Source of the DNA: Octopus vulgaris
Lineage: Eukaryota
DNA length: 64,000 bases
Assembly: GCA_951406725.2 (NCBI GenBank)
Contig: OX597833.1
Location: 13,702,001 to 13,766,000 of the forward strand
Reading direction: 5' to 3'
In this document: positions 39,902 to 53,955 of the stretch, in pieces
Numbering within the stretch: position 1 is the stretch's first letter
How the letters are laid out: each line of letters begins with the position of its first letter
Notes under the pieces: model-generated
What the model saw: the letters and a program-made list of their open reading frames with translations, nothing else
The model's database searches: none
What the model was told of the DNA's origin: nothing
Made by a program: the position numbers and the translations under genes

Positions 39902-40157
39902 TTGTGGAAATTTTGAACCTGGGTTCTCATTCCTAAGGTAGTTTTCGATGTTGTTATTATCATTATTATTATTATTATTATTATTATTCAACTCACTGCC
40001 TGCAATGCCACGGCCATATGGCGTAGTGGTTAAGAGCGTGGGTTACTAACCCCAAGATTCCGATTTTGATTCCAGGCAGTGACCTGAATAATAATAATAA
40101 TAATAATAATATCGAAAAATACCTTAGGAATGAGAACCCAGGTTCAAATTTCCCCAA

Positions 40158-40200
40158 GACACCTGATGAAGGCTGGAGATTATATCAGCCGAAACGTTGT

Positions 40201-40249
<49 letters not shown>

Positions 40250-40253
40250 TTGT

Positions 40254-40284
<31 letters not shown>

Positions 40285-40374
40285 TCGAAAAATACCTTAG
40301 GAATGAGAACCTAGGTTCGAAATTTCCCCAAGACACCTGATGAAGGCTGGAGATTATATCAGCCGAAACGTTGT

Positions 40375-40408
<34 letters not shown>

Positions 40409-40501
40409 TCGAAAAATACCTTAGGAATGAGAACCTAGGTTCGAAATTTCCCCAAGACACCTGATGAAGGCTGGAGATTATATCAGCCGAAACGTTGTGT
40501 T
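40158..40501 (+). ncRNA. Three tandem identical hammerhead motifs (40158-40203, 40332-40377, 40456-40501)
   Basis: Each reads GACAC-CTGATGA-A-GGCTG-GAGATTATAT-CAGCC-GAAA-CG-TT-GTGTT. Spacings are 174 and 124 nt, differing in (AAT)n content. Confidence 0.8.
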
Positions 40502-42480
40502 GACAACAAACAAGATGAGGACAAATATCCATCAAATGTAAATAATGTAAATAACGAACAATGATGATGACGATGAAGATAGCAATGATGAGAATGATGA
40601 TGACGATGATGATGTCGATGGTGATGACGATGATGATGAACATGATAATGACAATGATGATGATGACAATAGTGATACTCTCTTTTACTTGTTTCAGTCA
40701 TTTGACTGCGGCCATGCTGGAGCACCGCCTTTTTTTTTAGTCGAGCAAATCGACCCCGGGACTTATTCTTTGTAAGCCCAGTACTTATTCTATCGGTCTC
40801 TTTTGCCGAACCACTAAGTGACGGGGGACGTAAACACACCAGCATCAGTTGTCAAGCAATGCTAGAGGGACAAACACAGACACACAAACATATACACACA
40901 CATACATACATATATATATATATATACATATATACGACAGGCTTCTTTCAGTTTCTGTCTACCAAATCCACTCACAAGGCTTTGGTCGGCCTGAGGCTAT
41001 AGCAGAAGACACTTGCCCAAGATGCCACGCAGTGGGACTGAACCCAGAACCATGTGGTTGGTAGGCAAACTACTTACCACACAGCCACTGATACATAAGG
41101 AAGTCTGAGTGTAGATTTTCTTTCTCTCTCTCTCTCCAGTTACTCATCACCAAAACATATCCAAACCCAGACGCTCATACACCCACAGTTTCCAAGACTA
41201 ATTCTAGCTTTCTTCGGTGCATCTCACTGCTTTATTCATTAACTTAACTTAGATTTAGCCTTGGGATGTCTAATACGACAAAATACAACACCATCAACTG
41301 AGAAGTTGCTGAAATATTAATGATTCTATAATTAAAGAATTCACTTCAATAATTCAATGATGAAGACTAATAGAATACCAGAGAGGTGAGTAAGTACATG
41401 GATCCGCTACAGAACAATCTAGAACAACAGTTATGGCTGAGTATACCTCAGGCAGTGCCAGTATACATGTGGTATGGCTTCTCTCTCTAATTAGTTGCAT
41501 TCATGATTTGATCTGATGGACTATCAAGCAGGTTCCATTCTTCTGGTTTCGTTCACAATGTCTGGGGCCGATTCCAGGCACTGGGAAGAAAATGCCAAAC
41601 TCGCCCACCCCTGCCTACGAAAAATGCAGCACAATGATGCAGAGATGTGGCTGTGAGGGTAAGAAGGCTTTCTTCCCAACCATGTGACCTTGGGTTCAGT
41701 TACACCATGGGGCACCTTGGGAAGGGGCTCAAGTGTCTGTCCCCTAATATAGGTCCAGTCTGAGATCCAAGGCCTTGTGAATGGATTTGGTAGGTGGAAA
41801 CTGAAAGAAACCCATCGTGTATGTATGTATGTTACATTCTGAGTTCAAATTCTGTCAAAGTACCAAAGTAAACTTTGCCTTTCATTCTTTCTTTTTTTTT
41901 GGGGGGGAGGGTGATAAATTAAGTACCAGTTGTGTACTGGGGTTATTGTAATCAACTTACCCCTTCTCCACAAAATCCAGGCCTTGTGCCTGTAGTAGAA
42001 AGGATTATTATTATTATTATTATTGAGAAGTCTTTTTCTTGTGAGTGAGAGAACATACGAAATAATATTTCCACACAATTCATTTTTTGTCCCATTTTAA
42101 GTGTCCAAGTGGCTGTAATGTGATCTACTGGAATCCAGACTGGCTGGAGTTGGTCACCAGTTGGGGTTTTTGCTTCTTTTAAATTTGACGATGCAAAACT
42201 CTGTTGTTTCTCGTTTATTTCTCTCCTTTCAACACTTCTCCAAAGAAGGACACTGTCCGAAACATTGAGTTTTCCACTCTGCACTGCAAGTTCACCGTAC
42301 GCATTTTATTCAATTTACTATATGTGTGCATGTGCGTGTGTGTATTACACACAACTGACATACACACACACTCAAGAATAACTACGCATGCATAGACATA
42401 AACACACATGTACTCATGAACACACACACACGCACACACATGCAGAAACATAAACACACACCAATAAGCAAAGATATAGG

Positions 42481-42649
42481 TGTAGGAGTGGCTATGTGGT
42501 AAGTAGCTTACTTACCAACCACATGGTTCTGGGTTCAGTCCCACTGCGTGGCACCTTGGGCAAGTGCCTTCTACCTTAGCCTTGGGCCGACCAAAGCCTT
42601 GTGAGTGGATTTGGTAGACGGAAACTGAAAGAAGCCCATCATATATATG

Positions 42650-42698
<49 letters not shown>

Positions 42699-42906
42699 AT
42701 ATCTTTGTGTGTCTGTGTTTGTCCCCCCAACATTGCTTGACAACTGATGCTGGTGTGTTTACGTCCCCGTAACTTAGCGGTTCAGCAAAAGAGACTGATA
42801 GAATAAGTACTAGGCTTGCAAAGAATAAGTCCTGGGGGTCGATTTGCTCGACTAAAGGTAGTGCTCCGGTATGGCCACAGTCAAATGACTGAAACAAGTA
42901 AAAGAG
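42481..42906 (+). mobile_element. SINE family 1 (tRNA-derived, internal TA/TG microsatellite), representative full-length copy
   Basis: ggagtggctatgtggtaag...gggttcagtccc...ccttgggcaagtg...tgactgaaacaagtaaaagag. More than 12 other copies, e.g. 4887-5224(-), 23466-23850(-), 24680-25111(+), 27350-27708(-), 40678-41090(-), 45505-45892(-), 54655-55192(-), 56236-56622(-). Confidence 0.9.
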
Positions 42907-45126
42907 GGTATGAACACCCACACAAACTCCCACACACATACACACCTTTACAAACTGACATACACTAACACATATCTACAAACACACACACACACACTTA
43001 TGTTGTGCCTCACTTTTCTATAATTACAGCTTAATTTGTACATTTGAGTTGCTTTCTTAAGCAACTGTACTGTAATGTTATCACTTTCATTGCCCCTGTG
43101 GCACATACTGGAAAAATCGATTGGAATGATAACATGATTACAGAGCGAAGGGAATAAAAAAAAATAAATAAAATAAAACTGAGAAAAAGAAAAAGAAAAA
43201 AGAAAAAAGAAATGTTTCGTGATGAATGACAAAAGGTGTGGAGGTGGTATGGGAGCTGACTGATAATTGGAGAAGAACAATTATCAAAAGTTCAATAATG
43301 AATTATAAAATAGCATTTCCCCCACCAACACCAATACTAGAATGCTGGCAAAATTATAATTTTATTTGAAATTTTATATTTTATTTTTGCTGCTATTTTT
43401 TTTTGCCCTATATTTTGTTTTTATCAAAAATATTAAAAAAATATATAAATACATTTAAAAAAAAAGGTTTCTGGGCATTTAAAAAAAAATTTGTTCTTGT
43501 TTTCATTTGAAATTTATACTTAGAAGGCATGATTAATTTAGTATAATAACAACGAGTTGCAATTGCAACAATAACACCAATGACACCAACAAAAAGCTGA
43601 ACAATAGAAGCACAACAACATTTAGAATAATATCAACAGCTGGACTAGTATTTCAAAAACACCAGCTGCAACAACAACAACACCAACAACAACATCAAGG
43701 ATGTGTGTTTTCCCTAATGTAAAAGCAAAACAAGCCTCCAAAAAACAAGAAACAGGAGCCCGTTTGTTTCCCCTACCTCAAACAAATATTGACACACCCT
43801 TTACAAAAACTGGATATTTAACAACTCTGCTGACCCCAGAATTGAACCTGAATCCTGAATTCTACATCGTCACAATATGAGTATTATACTACAACCATCA
43901 ACATCACCACAGTCGTCGTCGTAGTAGTAGTAGTAGTAGTAGTAATAATAATAATAATAATAAATGAAAATGGTGCCGAGTTGGCAGAAACGTTAGCACA
44001 CCGGGAGAAATGCTTCGCAGTATTTCGTCTGTCTTTATGTTCAGAGTTCAAAATCCGCCGAGGTCGATTTTGCCTATCATCCTTTCGGGGTCGATAAATT
44101 AAATACCAGTTGCGCACTGGAGTTGATCTAATCGACTGGCCCTCTCCCCTGCAAGATTTTGAGCCTTGTGCCTGGAGTAGAAAAGAATAATAATAATAAT
44201 GATTTCAAATTTTTTGCCACAAGGGCAGCTTGGGTAAGGGGATTAAGTCGATTACATCGACCCCAGTGCTTCACTGGTACTAATTTATCGACCCCAAAAG
44301 GATGAAAGGTAAAGCCAACCTCAGTGGAATTAGAACTCAAAATGTAGCAACAGGTTAAATACTGCTAGGTATTTTGCTCAGTGTCCTAACGATTCTACCG
44401 GCTCACCGCCTTTTCCACAAGGGCAGCTTAGGGGAAGGGATGAAGTCTATTACATCGACCCCAGTTTTTCACTGGTTCTTAATATTTCGACCCCGAAAGG
44501 ATGAAAGGCAAAGTCGATCTCAGTGGAATCAGAACCCAGAACATGCCAGCAGGCTAAATACCATAAAGCATTTTGCCCGGCAATTCTCCCAGCTTTTTAC
44601 TAAAGGCACAAGGCCTGAAATTTGGGGTGAGGACCAGTCGATCACATCTACCCCAGTATTTCACTGGTACTTAATTTATTGACCCCGAAAGGATGAAAGG
44701 CAAAATTGACCTTGGTGGAATTTGAACTCAGTATGTAAAGATGGACAAAATGCTTCTAATATATACATATATGTATGTATATGTATGTATGTATGTATGT
44801 GTGTTTGTGTGTCTGAGTTTGTCTCCCAACTTAGCGGATCGGAAAAAGAGTCCAATAGAATAAGTACTAGGCTTACAAAGAAAAACTCCTGGGGATGACT
44901 TGTTCGACTAAAAGGCAGTGCTCCAGCATGGCCACATTCAAATGACTGAAACAAATAAAAGAATATACACACACACACACACATACATACACTTGGCATT
45001 ATTTAAAAAATTCTTTTTATGTCGTATTTGTGTGTGTGCATGTGTGTGTGTGTACGTGTACATATACATATATATATACATATATATAGTTTACATCTAG
45101 TGAAATGAAGAACAGAAAATGGAAAT

Positions 45127-45446
45127 AAGGAAGTTAACAATTACTTATTATTAGCAAATTCCTCATCTTTATTTCTTTACATCCGTTTCAATTAATACTC
45201 AATAATTCAATTTAAAATATTCTGCATTAAATTTGCATTTATGTGACATGAATCTGCTGAATGGAACTGATAGGTCCACATATGACATCCCAAGGTACAT
45301 CCTTTGCTCTGATGAAATTATGCTCCTGTCGCATAAATGCAAATTTAACATACAAATTTGTAATTAAATTATCGAGTATTATTTGAAACAGCTGGTAAGA
45401 AGCGAAGATGACCAATTTGTTAATTATAAATAATTATAAACTTCCT
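45127..45446. mobile_element. Old, roughly 320-bp inverted repeat with a degenerate long-stem-II hammerhead (45303-45402, +)
   Basis: Arms ggaagtt...atttgcatttatgtgaca and tgtcgcataaatgcaaat...aacttcc. CTGATGA at 45309 is followed by AATTATGCTC, which can pair with GAGTATTATTT just before GAAACAGCTGGTA at 45385. Confidence 0.5.
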
Positions 45447-47721
45447 GCTCTCTATTTTCTTTTCTTCTTTTAACTCGATACAAACCATATGCTTAATATA
45501 GTCTTTACTCTTTTTCTTGTTTCAGTCATTTGACTGCGGCCATGCTGGAGCACCACCTTTAGTTGAGCAAATCGATCCCAGGACTTATTCTTTGTAAGCC
45601 CAGTACTTATTCTATCGGTCTCTTTTGCCGAACCGCTAAGTGACGGGGACGTAAACACACCGGCATCGGTTGTCAGGCAATGCTAGGGGCACAAACACAA
45701 ACACACATATATGTATATACATATATACGACAGGCTTCTTTCAGTTTCCGTCTACCAAATCCACTCACAAGGCATTGGTCGGCCCGGGGCTATAGCAGAA
45801 GACACTTGCCCAAGATGCCACGCAGTGGGACTGAACCTGGAACCATGTGGTTGGTAAACAAGCTACTTACCACACAGTCACTCCTGCGCCTGTATATCCC
45901 TATATTTCCCTATTGTTTTAAGGGAATTTAATTCCCCAATAATACCAGGTATTGAACCAGTATTTCCTTGGATACAACCATCCCTTCACAAGGTAACATA
46001 TCCTTTAATTAAATTTTATATATTGTTTTATTCTTTTACTTGTTTCAGTCATTTGACTGTGGCCATGCTGGAGCACCACCTTTAGTTGAACAAATCTACC
46101 CCAGGACTTCTTTGTAAGCCTAGTACATATTCTATCAGTCTCTTTTGCCAAATCTCTAAGTTACATGCACGTAAACCATAAACACACCAATATTCATTGT
46201 CAAGCGATAGTGAGCGGGGGACACACAGACACACAAACATACACACACATACGATGGGCTTCTTTCAGTTTCTGTCAACCAAATCCACTCACAAGGCTTT
46301 GGTCAGCCCGAGGCTATAGCAGAGGACATTTTCCCAAGGTGCCACACAGTGGGACTGAACCCGGAACCATGTGGTTAGGAAGCAAGCATCTTGTCACACA
46401 GCCACCCCTGCACCTACATACATACATACATATATATATACACACATATGCATGCATACTCATGCATGCATATATTCGTAACTATATATTATTTATAGCT
46501 GTATATCAATATTTGATGGGCTTCTTTCAGTTTCCTTCAATCAAATCCACTTGCAGAGCTTGTATTGGCCTTGAGCTATATCCACAAACATCTACACATA
46601 CATATCCATGTATACATATATATATATATATATATAAACATAGTAATATATACACACATACAAAAATACATACATATATAAGAAATATATACATATAAGA
46701 TAAAAATACGTACATACATACATATGCTCACAGACAAATATACATACACACTCATATATACACCCACAAACCTACACAGATAGTATCCCATTATAGAGAA
46801 GAAAATAACCAGGAATCAAAAATGAGAAAAAATGACGGGGGGGGGGGGACCAAATATCAAAAGGCAAAAGAAAAAACAAAGAAGATGATGAAGAAAAAGA
46901 AGAGGAAAAAAAGGAAGAAGAAGAAGAAGAAAAGGAAGAAAAAGAAGACGAAGAAGATTATGATGATAATGATGATGAAGGAAAAAAAGAAGAGGAAAAA
47001 AGGAAGAAGAGGATGCTGAAGGAAAAGAAGAAGAAAAAGAAGAAAAAGAAGAAGAAAAAGAAGAAGAAGAATTGGAAAAAGAAAAAGAAGAAGAAAAAGA
47101 AGAAAAAGAAGAAGAAAAAGAAGAAAAAAAGAAGAAAAAAGAAGAAAAAGAAAAAAAAAGAAAAAGAAGAAGAAGAAAAAAAGAAGAATTGGAAGAAGAA
47201 AAAGAAGAAGAAAAAGAAAAAGAAGAAAAAAAAGAAGAAAAAGAAGAAGAATTGGAAAAGAAAAAGAAGAAGAAGAAAAAGAAGAAGAAAAAGAAAAAGA
47301 AAAAGAAAAAGAAGAAAAAAGAAGAAAAAGAAAAAAAAAGAAAAAGAAGAAGAAAAAGAAGAGGAAGAATGCTTGTTCTTATCAGTGGTGTTATAGTAAG
47401 ACATGTCACAATCAGTGTTGTGATAAAGAACTGTGCATGGTTTCCTCCTACACAAGATAGAAAAACCTGCCAAATATAGAACTGAGTGTGTGAACGCTTG
47501 GCAGATGGCAAACTGACTTATAAATACAGTGGATCAATAATCCATTTCTACTAAAGGCACAAGGCCTGAAATTTTAGGGGGAGGGGACTAGTCGATTACA
47601 TCGACCCCTAGTGTTTTAGTGGCCCTTATTTCATTGACCTCGAAAGGAAAAAAATGCAAGGACAACCTCGGTGGAATTTGAACTCAGAACGTAAAGACGG
47701 ATGAAATGCTGCAATAATAAT

Positions 47722-47752
<31 letters not shown>

Positions 47753-47989
47753 TTAATAATAATAATAATAATAATATTAATAATGATAATAATAATAATA
47801 ATAATAATAATAGTTTCAAATTTGCCACAAGGGCAGCAATTTTAGGGGAGGGACCAGTCAGTTACACTGTACCCCAGTGCACAACTGGTATTTATTTAAC
47901 CACCCCTGAAAGGATGAAAGGCAAAGTTGATCTCGGTGGAATTTGAACTCAGAATGTAGGCACGCTAAAGATTCTGCCAGCTCGCCACC

Positions 47990-48039
<50 letters not shown>

Positions 48040-48605
48040 TCATTCGTTTATTGGCCACAAGGGCTAACAAAAATCAATTAAAACATAAAGGGACAAAACA
48101 CAGGATGAAAGTTAAAAAGGGTTTTGTCCGTTTGAAAAAGGTCCATGTACAAAAGGAGGATGGCAACGAAATATAAGTAACAATTAAAACTCCCAATAGG
48201 GGGAGGCACTTCGAAAGGTTACTCATAGAAAAACCCATAAAAGCCACGGGAGCCTGGTCAAAAGGTGGGTAGAGAGCCCCTTTTTCCTTTTAATTCTCAC
48301 AGGTTTATCCTCAGAATTGGTCAGTTCATACTGGCCATTCTTGCGACATTCACCCACCTTTCAATAATAATAATAATAATAATAATCCTCTCTACTACAG
48401 GCACAAGGCCTGAAATTTGGAGGGGGGATAGTCGATTACTTCGACCCCAGTCCTCAACTGGTATTTAATTTATCGACCCCGAAAGAATGAAAAACAAAGT
48501 CAACCCCGGCGGCAATAATAATAATAGTAATAATAATTATTATTTCTTTATTAACCACAAAGGGTTTACATTAAAGAAAAAACATTCTGGACAGCATAGG
48601 ACAAA

Positions 48606-49175
48606 TATTGGGTTGTCCAGAAAGTTCATGCCGATTTATAGTAGCTTACCTATCGACTTATTTTAGAACATGGTTGAGTCGATAAAATACGATTTGACTA
48701 CACCTCCATTTAGAGCACAGTTTAAGCTATCTTGTCGTGGAAGAAGGTTTATGTACCTATAACCTGTGTTAATTCTGTAACCCTTTAAAATGGAAGATAA
48801 GAAAGTTCATTTTCGGCACTTGATGCTTTGGGAACCAGACAAAAATTGTTGCAGCTCGGCTGGGATGTGTTACCCCACCCGCCATATTCACCAGATATTG
48901 CTCCTTTGGATTTCCACTTATTCAGGTATCTGCAGAATAGTCTTAATGGTAAAAATGTCAATTCCTTGGATGGCATAAAAAGATACCTTGATGAATTCTT
49001 TGCCATGAAACCACCTCAATTCTGGGAAGAAGGTATTTTCAAGTTAAAGGAAAGATGGAGACGCATTGTGCAACAAAATGGTTCATATTTGGTTGATTAA
49101 AAATGTAATGGCAAGTATTTATTGACCCTTTATTTTCCTTTAAAAATCGGCACGAACTCTCCGGATAACGCAATA
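48606..49175 (+). mobile_element. Internally deleted mariner transposon (mellifera-subfamily-like)
   Basis: TA-flanked TIRs of about 28 bp (ttgggttgtccagaaagttcatgccgattt / aaatcggcacgaactctccggataacgcaa). N-terminus MEDKKVHFRHLMLWE (48790) abuts the C-terminus TRQKLLQLGWDVLPHPPYSPDIAPLDFHLFRYLQNSL...ERWRRIVQQNGSYLVD* (to 49100). Confidence 0.92.
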
Positions 49176-51566
49176 GAATGTGGGATTATGTGAAAGTAAT
49201 GTAAACAATGAAAACCAATCAGTAACAACAAAATTCCCCAAAAGAGGGAGAACTCCTAGGACAGCTCATGGAAACCCAACAAATCCATGACAGTCCTGAC
49301 GCCCCCAGGGTAAACACCAGGCACATGCCATCGGTAATTACTCAGGGTAGGCAGTTTGGTGACCTTCATGTAGTAAAACACACAAAAAATAAATGAAACA
49401 CGGAGGAGTGACTGAGTTGAAGGCAGATAGAGTTGAAGAGAGACAGAGCGATAGAGAGGGAGAAAGAGAAAGTGAGAGAGAGAGAGAGAGAGAGGGGGCG
49501 GAACAGACACAGACATTATAATTAATTAATTGAACAGGATTGACAGAAACATTTCCCCTCTTACATGCACATAAAGAGAGAGGAGAGAGAGAAGGGGAAA
49601 GAGAGAGAGAAAGAGGGAGAGGGGGAAAGAGAGAGGGTGGGAAAGAGAGAGAGAGAGAGAAAGAGGAGGAAAGAGAGAGAGAGAAAGAGGGAGAGGGAAA
49701 GAGAGAAAGAGGGAGCGGGAGAGGGGGAAAGAGAGATAGAAAGAGAGAGTGGGAAAGAGAGAGAGAGAAAGAGGGAAAGAGAGAGAGGGAGAAAGAGGGA
49801 AATAGAGAGAGGGAGAAAGACATTATAATTAATTAATTGAACATGATTGGCATAAACACTTTCTCTCTCTCCTCATATCCATATACAGAGAGGGGGAAGG
49901 ATAGAGGGGTGGGAGATGAGAGGGAGAGAAGGGGGTAGGGGGAAGAGAGGAGAAGAGGGAGGGAGAGAGTCATTACAATTAATTAATTAAGCACACTTGT
50001 CATGAACACATTCCCTCTCCTCAAGTACATAATGAGAAATATACTCACAGACATAAACAGAGAGGGAGAGAGAGAAAGGGAGAGAGGGACAGGGAGAGAG
50101 AGAAAGGGAGAGGGGGACAGGGAGAGAGAAGAGGGAGAGAGAAGAGAGAGGAACAGGGAGAGACAGGGAGAGGGAGAGATAGAGGGAGAAGAGGGAGGGA
50201 GAGGGAGGGAAAGAGAAGGAGAGAGGGATAGAGGGACAGGGAGAGACAGAGGGAGGGAGAGAGATCTGGAGATGGAAAGAGGAGGGAGAGAGGGACAGGG
50301 AGAGGAAGAGAAAGAGAGAAGAGGGAGGGACAGGGAGAGGAAGAGAGAGGGATAGAGAGAGAAGAGGGAAGGAGAGGAAGAGGGAGAGAGAGAGAGAGAG
50401 AGAGAAAGATTAAAATAAAGGAAACACTAAAACATCTCCAGTCAAATCCGTGATGCCAAACAGGTGGTGCCAAAACTGCTGCGTCGGAATGTCTCATACC
50501 CTTAGTGATAAAAGCAAAGAATAAAAGCTTCTGAAATTATTTTTGTTACTTAGTCTTTGAATGGTCACAGGGTGGCTGAGATAATTCATTCCTCCTACTT
50601 TTACTCTTTTTTTATTTACTTATTTCTGCTACTGGACACCTGTGCTGGCACTGCATAAACACACCTGTGGCAATGATGCATTAGCACATCTGCACCTGTA
50701 CTGCATTAACACACCTGTGCCGCTGCTGTGTTAATGCACCCGTGCTGGTATTGTGTTAACGCACCCATGACACAGATGCGTAAAAAGCATCAAGTGCACA
50801 TGGAGATCATTATGATGATGGCGATGTTAATGATGATGATGATGATGGCAATGATGATGATGATGACGACAAAGATGATGATGATAATGAAGTAAAGATG
50901 ATGATAATGATGATGATGATGATGATGGCAAATATGATGATGATGATGATGATGATAGTAATGATAATGGCAAAGATGTTAAGATGATGATGATGGTGGT
51001 GATGGTGACGAGAAGAAGATGATGGTGATGTACCGTTATCATCATCCTTTTCATCATCGACATCAACATCAACATCATCTTTTTAATGTTCATCCTTACC
51101 ATCTTCACCATCATCTTCTTATCACCTTCATCATCATTACCATCTTCATCATCATCATCGTTACCATCATCACCACCACTGTTATCATTTGTCATCACCA
51201 CCACCACCACTACTACCATTTCCACAACCATCATCAACATCATTATTAACATCACCAGCATCTTCATCACCACCACCATCATCATCATCATTATCCTCTT
51301 CCACCGTCATCCTCACCACCACCACCATTACCACAATCATCATCAACATCATTATTAACCACACCATCATCTTCATCACAATCACCACCACCACTACCAT
51401 CATCAACATCATTATTAATATCATCACGATCACCACCACCACCACACCACCACCACCACCACCACCATCATCATCAACATCATCATCAACATCATTATTA
51501 ACATCATCACGATCACGATCACCACCACCATCACCATCATCATCATCATCCTCATCATCACCTTAC

Positions 51567-51760
51567 CTGCCGTCATCCTCACCCCCCCACCTGAAATTCT
51601 TCCTTCATAATATAGAATTAATTGAAAGACCGAGACGCCGGCGTATTTCCTTGAGCAACGTGGAGAGCAAGGAGTGGACGTCATTGCCAAAAGACAAGGA
51701 GACAGACGACACCGACGCGAGCGCGGAAAGAATGAAATAATCCGACAGATAAATGGATCG
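51567..51760 (-). other. Unique CpG-rich segment, candidate 5' exon of the minus-strand gene
   Basis: Non-repetitive, CpG-enriched island between (CAT)n tracts, ending at a strong donor GCAG|gtaagg. Contains ATG AAG GAA GAA TTT CAG|gt (MKEEFQ, 51608-51591), loosely like rost N-termini. No transcript support. Confidence 0.25.
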
Positions 51761-52189
51761 ACCCATTATTTTTACCATGAGCCGATTGCATGCTTCGGTG
51801 GTCAAAGTCAAAAACCGAAAAACAAAAACAAAAACAGAAAAAAAAAAGTACAAAGAAAGCCTGAGTTTTAGCATTGGAGCACTCAATCAGGAAATCTGTC
51901 CATACCAGGCAGCAGCAGCAGCAGCAACCAGTGTCTCTCTCTAGATAACTAGATTAATCATTCGGATCAGAGAAAGAATGGAATGGTGATGGGGTGGTGG
52001 GGGGTTAGGTGTGGGGGGGTGAGTTGCGGGGGGTTAGAATGGGGATGGTGGTGATGGTCATGATGATGATGATGATGATGATGATGATTATGATGATGCG
52101 GACGATGACGGTAAGGTTGGTGGCGGTGGTTGTGGTGGGGAGTGAGGTAGGATGTGGATAGTGATGATGATGCAGATGACGGTAAGGTT

Positions 52190-52470
52190 GGTGGTGGTGG
52201 TGGTGTTGGTGGTTGTGGTGTTGGTGGTTGTGGTGTTGGTGGTTGTGGTGTTGGTGGTTGTGGTGTTGGTGGTTGTGGTGTTGGTGGTTGTGGTGTTGGT
52301 GGTTGTGGTGTTGGTGGTTGTGGTGTTGGTGGTTGTGGTGTTGGTGGTTGTGGTGTTGGTGGTTGTGGTGTTGGTGGTTGTGGTGTTGGTGGTTGTGGTG
52401 TTGGTGGTTGTGGTGTTGGTGGTTGTGGTGTTGGTGGTTGTGGTGTTGGTGGTGGTGGTGTTGGTGGTGG
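52190..52470 (+). repeat. 15-bp minisatellite (GGTGTTGGTGGTTGT)n
   Basis: About 17-18 near-perfect units read directly. Confidence 0.9.
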
Positions 52471-53436
52471 CAGTGAGGTTAGGACGATGATGGTGATTGT
52501 GATGACAATGGATGATGATGATAATCATGATCGTGACAATAGGGGTGTCAGTGGTGGTGTTGTAGGTAAAGGTGATTACGATGATGATGATGACGATGAT
52601 GATGATGATGACGATGATGATGGTGATGATGTGGATGATGACAATAGGGTTGTTGTTGGTGGTGGTGGGGTTAGGACGATGAAGGTGATTGTGATGACGA
52701 TGATGATGATGATCATGAAGACAGGGGTATCGGTGGTGTTGGTGTTGGGTGAGGGTGATCACAGTGATGATGATGATGAGGAGGAAGAGGAGTGGGTGGA
52801 AAATAAGGAGGAAGAAAATAATGATGATGATGACGATGATGATAATAATGATGATATTAAAGCTGATAATGATGATGATGATGATGATGATGTTAAAGCT
52901 GATAACGGTGATGATAGCGGTAATGATGAAGATGATGATGATGATGGTGATGATGATGATGATGAATATAATGCTCAATATAATGGCATGTAATGAATGA
53001 ATGGTACCACTGCTGATGATGATGACAATAAAAGCAATGACAATAATGACAGCGATAACAATGCAGTTTGATGATGACGAGGCAAACACAAACACACACA
53101 CACACACACACAATCAGAGACACGGCCACACATGCAGACACACAAATCAAAACCCAATAAGGAACCATTAGACGTTGGCATTGAAGACCAGATGGAGAGC
53201 CAGGGATGGACGGACAAATAGACTGGAAGATTGCTGTTCTCAAGTGAATTGCTCAAAGAGAAAAGCAGAGCAATAAAAGACAATTCTTCTTTAAACAAAT
53301 ACCGGAATGAACACACACACACACAATTATCGGTCTTTTACTAAATCTCTGGTTTTATATAATATATATATATATATATATATGTATATGTGTACATGCA
53401 TACATACATATACATGCATACATACTTATATATGCA

Positions 53437-53491
<55 letters not shown>

Positions 53492-53730
53492 GTGTATATG
53501 TATATATGTATATATATATATACATATATATATACGCGTATATGTATATATATATATATATATACGTGTATATGTATGTATATATATATATTATATGTAC
53601 GTGTATATGTATGTATGTATATATACATACACACACATGTATATGTATATATACATATATATATATATGTGTATATGTATATACACATATCATCATCATT
53701 TAACGTCCGCTTTGATGATGCGTATATACA

Positions 53731-53764
<34 letters not shown>

Positions 53765-53913
53765 GGCATGTATACATATATATGCATATATATGTATACA
53801 ATGTATATGCATATATGTACATACATATATACATATTTACACACACATATATATAAATATATATATGCATTTATATTTATATGTATATATACATCTCTCT
53901 CTCTCTTTATATG

Positions 53914-53955
<42 letters not shown>

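Larger units (their letters stand above)
39784..40553. mobile_element. Second inverted dimer of the same tRNA/hammerhead element, locus B, with a triplicated ribozyme unit
   Basis: Minus arm 39784-40006 (head mostly deleted), central palindrome gccatatggc at 40013-40022, plus arm 40018-40553 with box A TGGCGTAGTGG and three tandem hammerhead units. Confidence 0.85.

Noticed and set aside
40018-40083. tRNA gene
   Set aside because: Box A/B and an anticodon-like arm are present, but there is no proper acceptor stem or terminator, and it is always attached to the same downstream body; it is a SINE head.
43014-43107. Exon-like 94-nt segment on the minus strand (ttttccag...AAAA|gtgagg)
   Set aside because: The frame needed to join the phase-1 rost exons has several stop codons; at most a non-coding or cryptic exon.
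52088-53113. Mucin-like TNTTT, GVGGC and WCWWL repeat ORFs
   Set aside because: All are readings of one 15-bp minisatellite plus (GAT)n.
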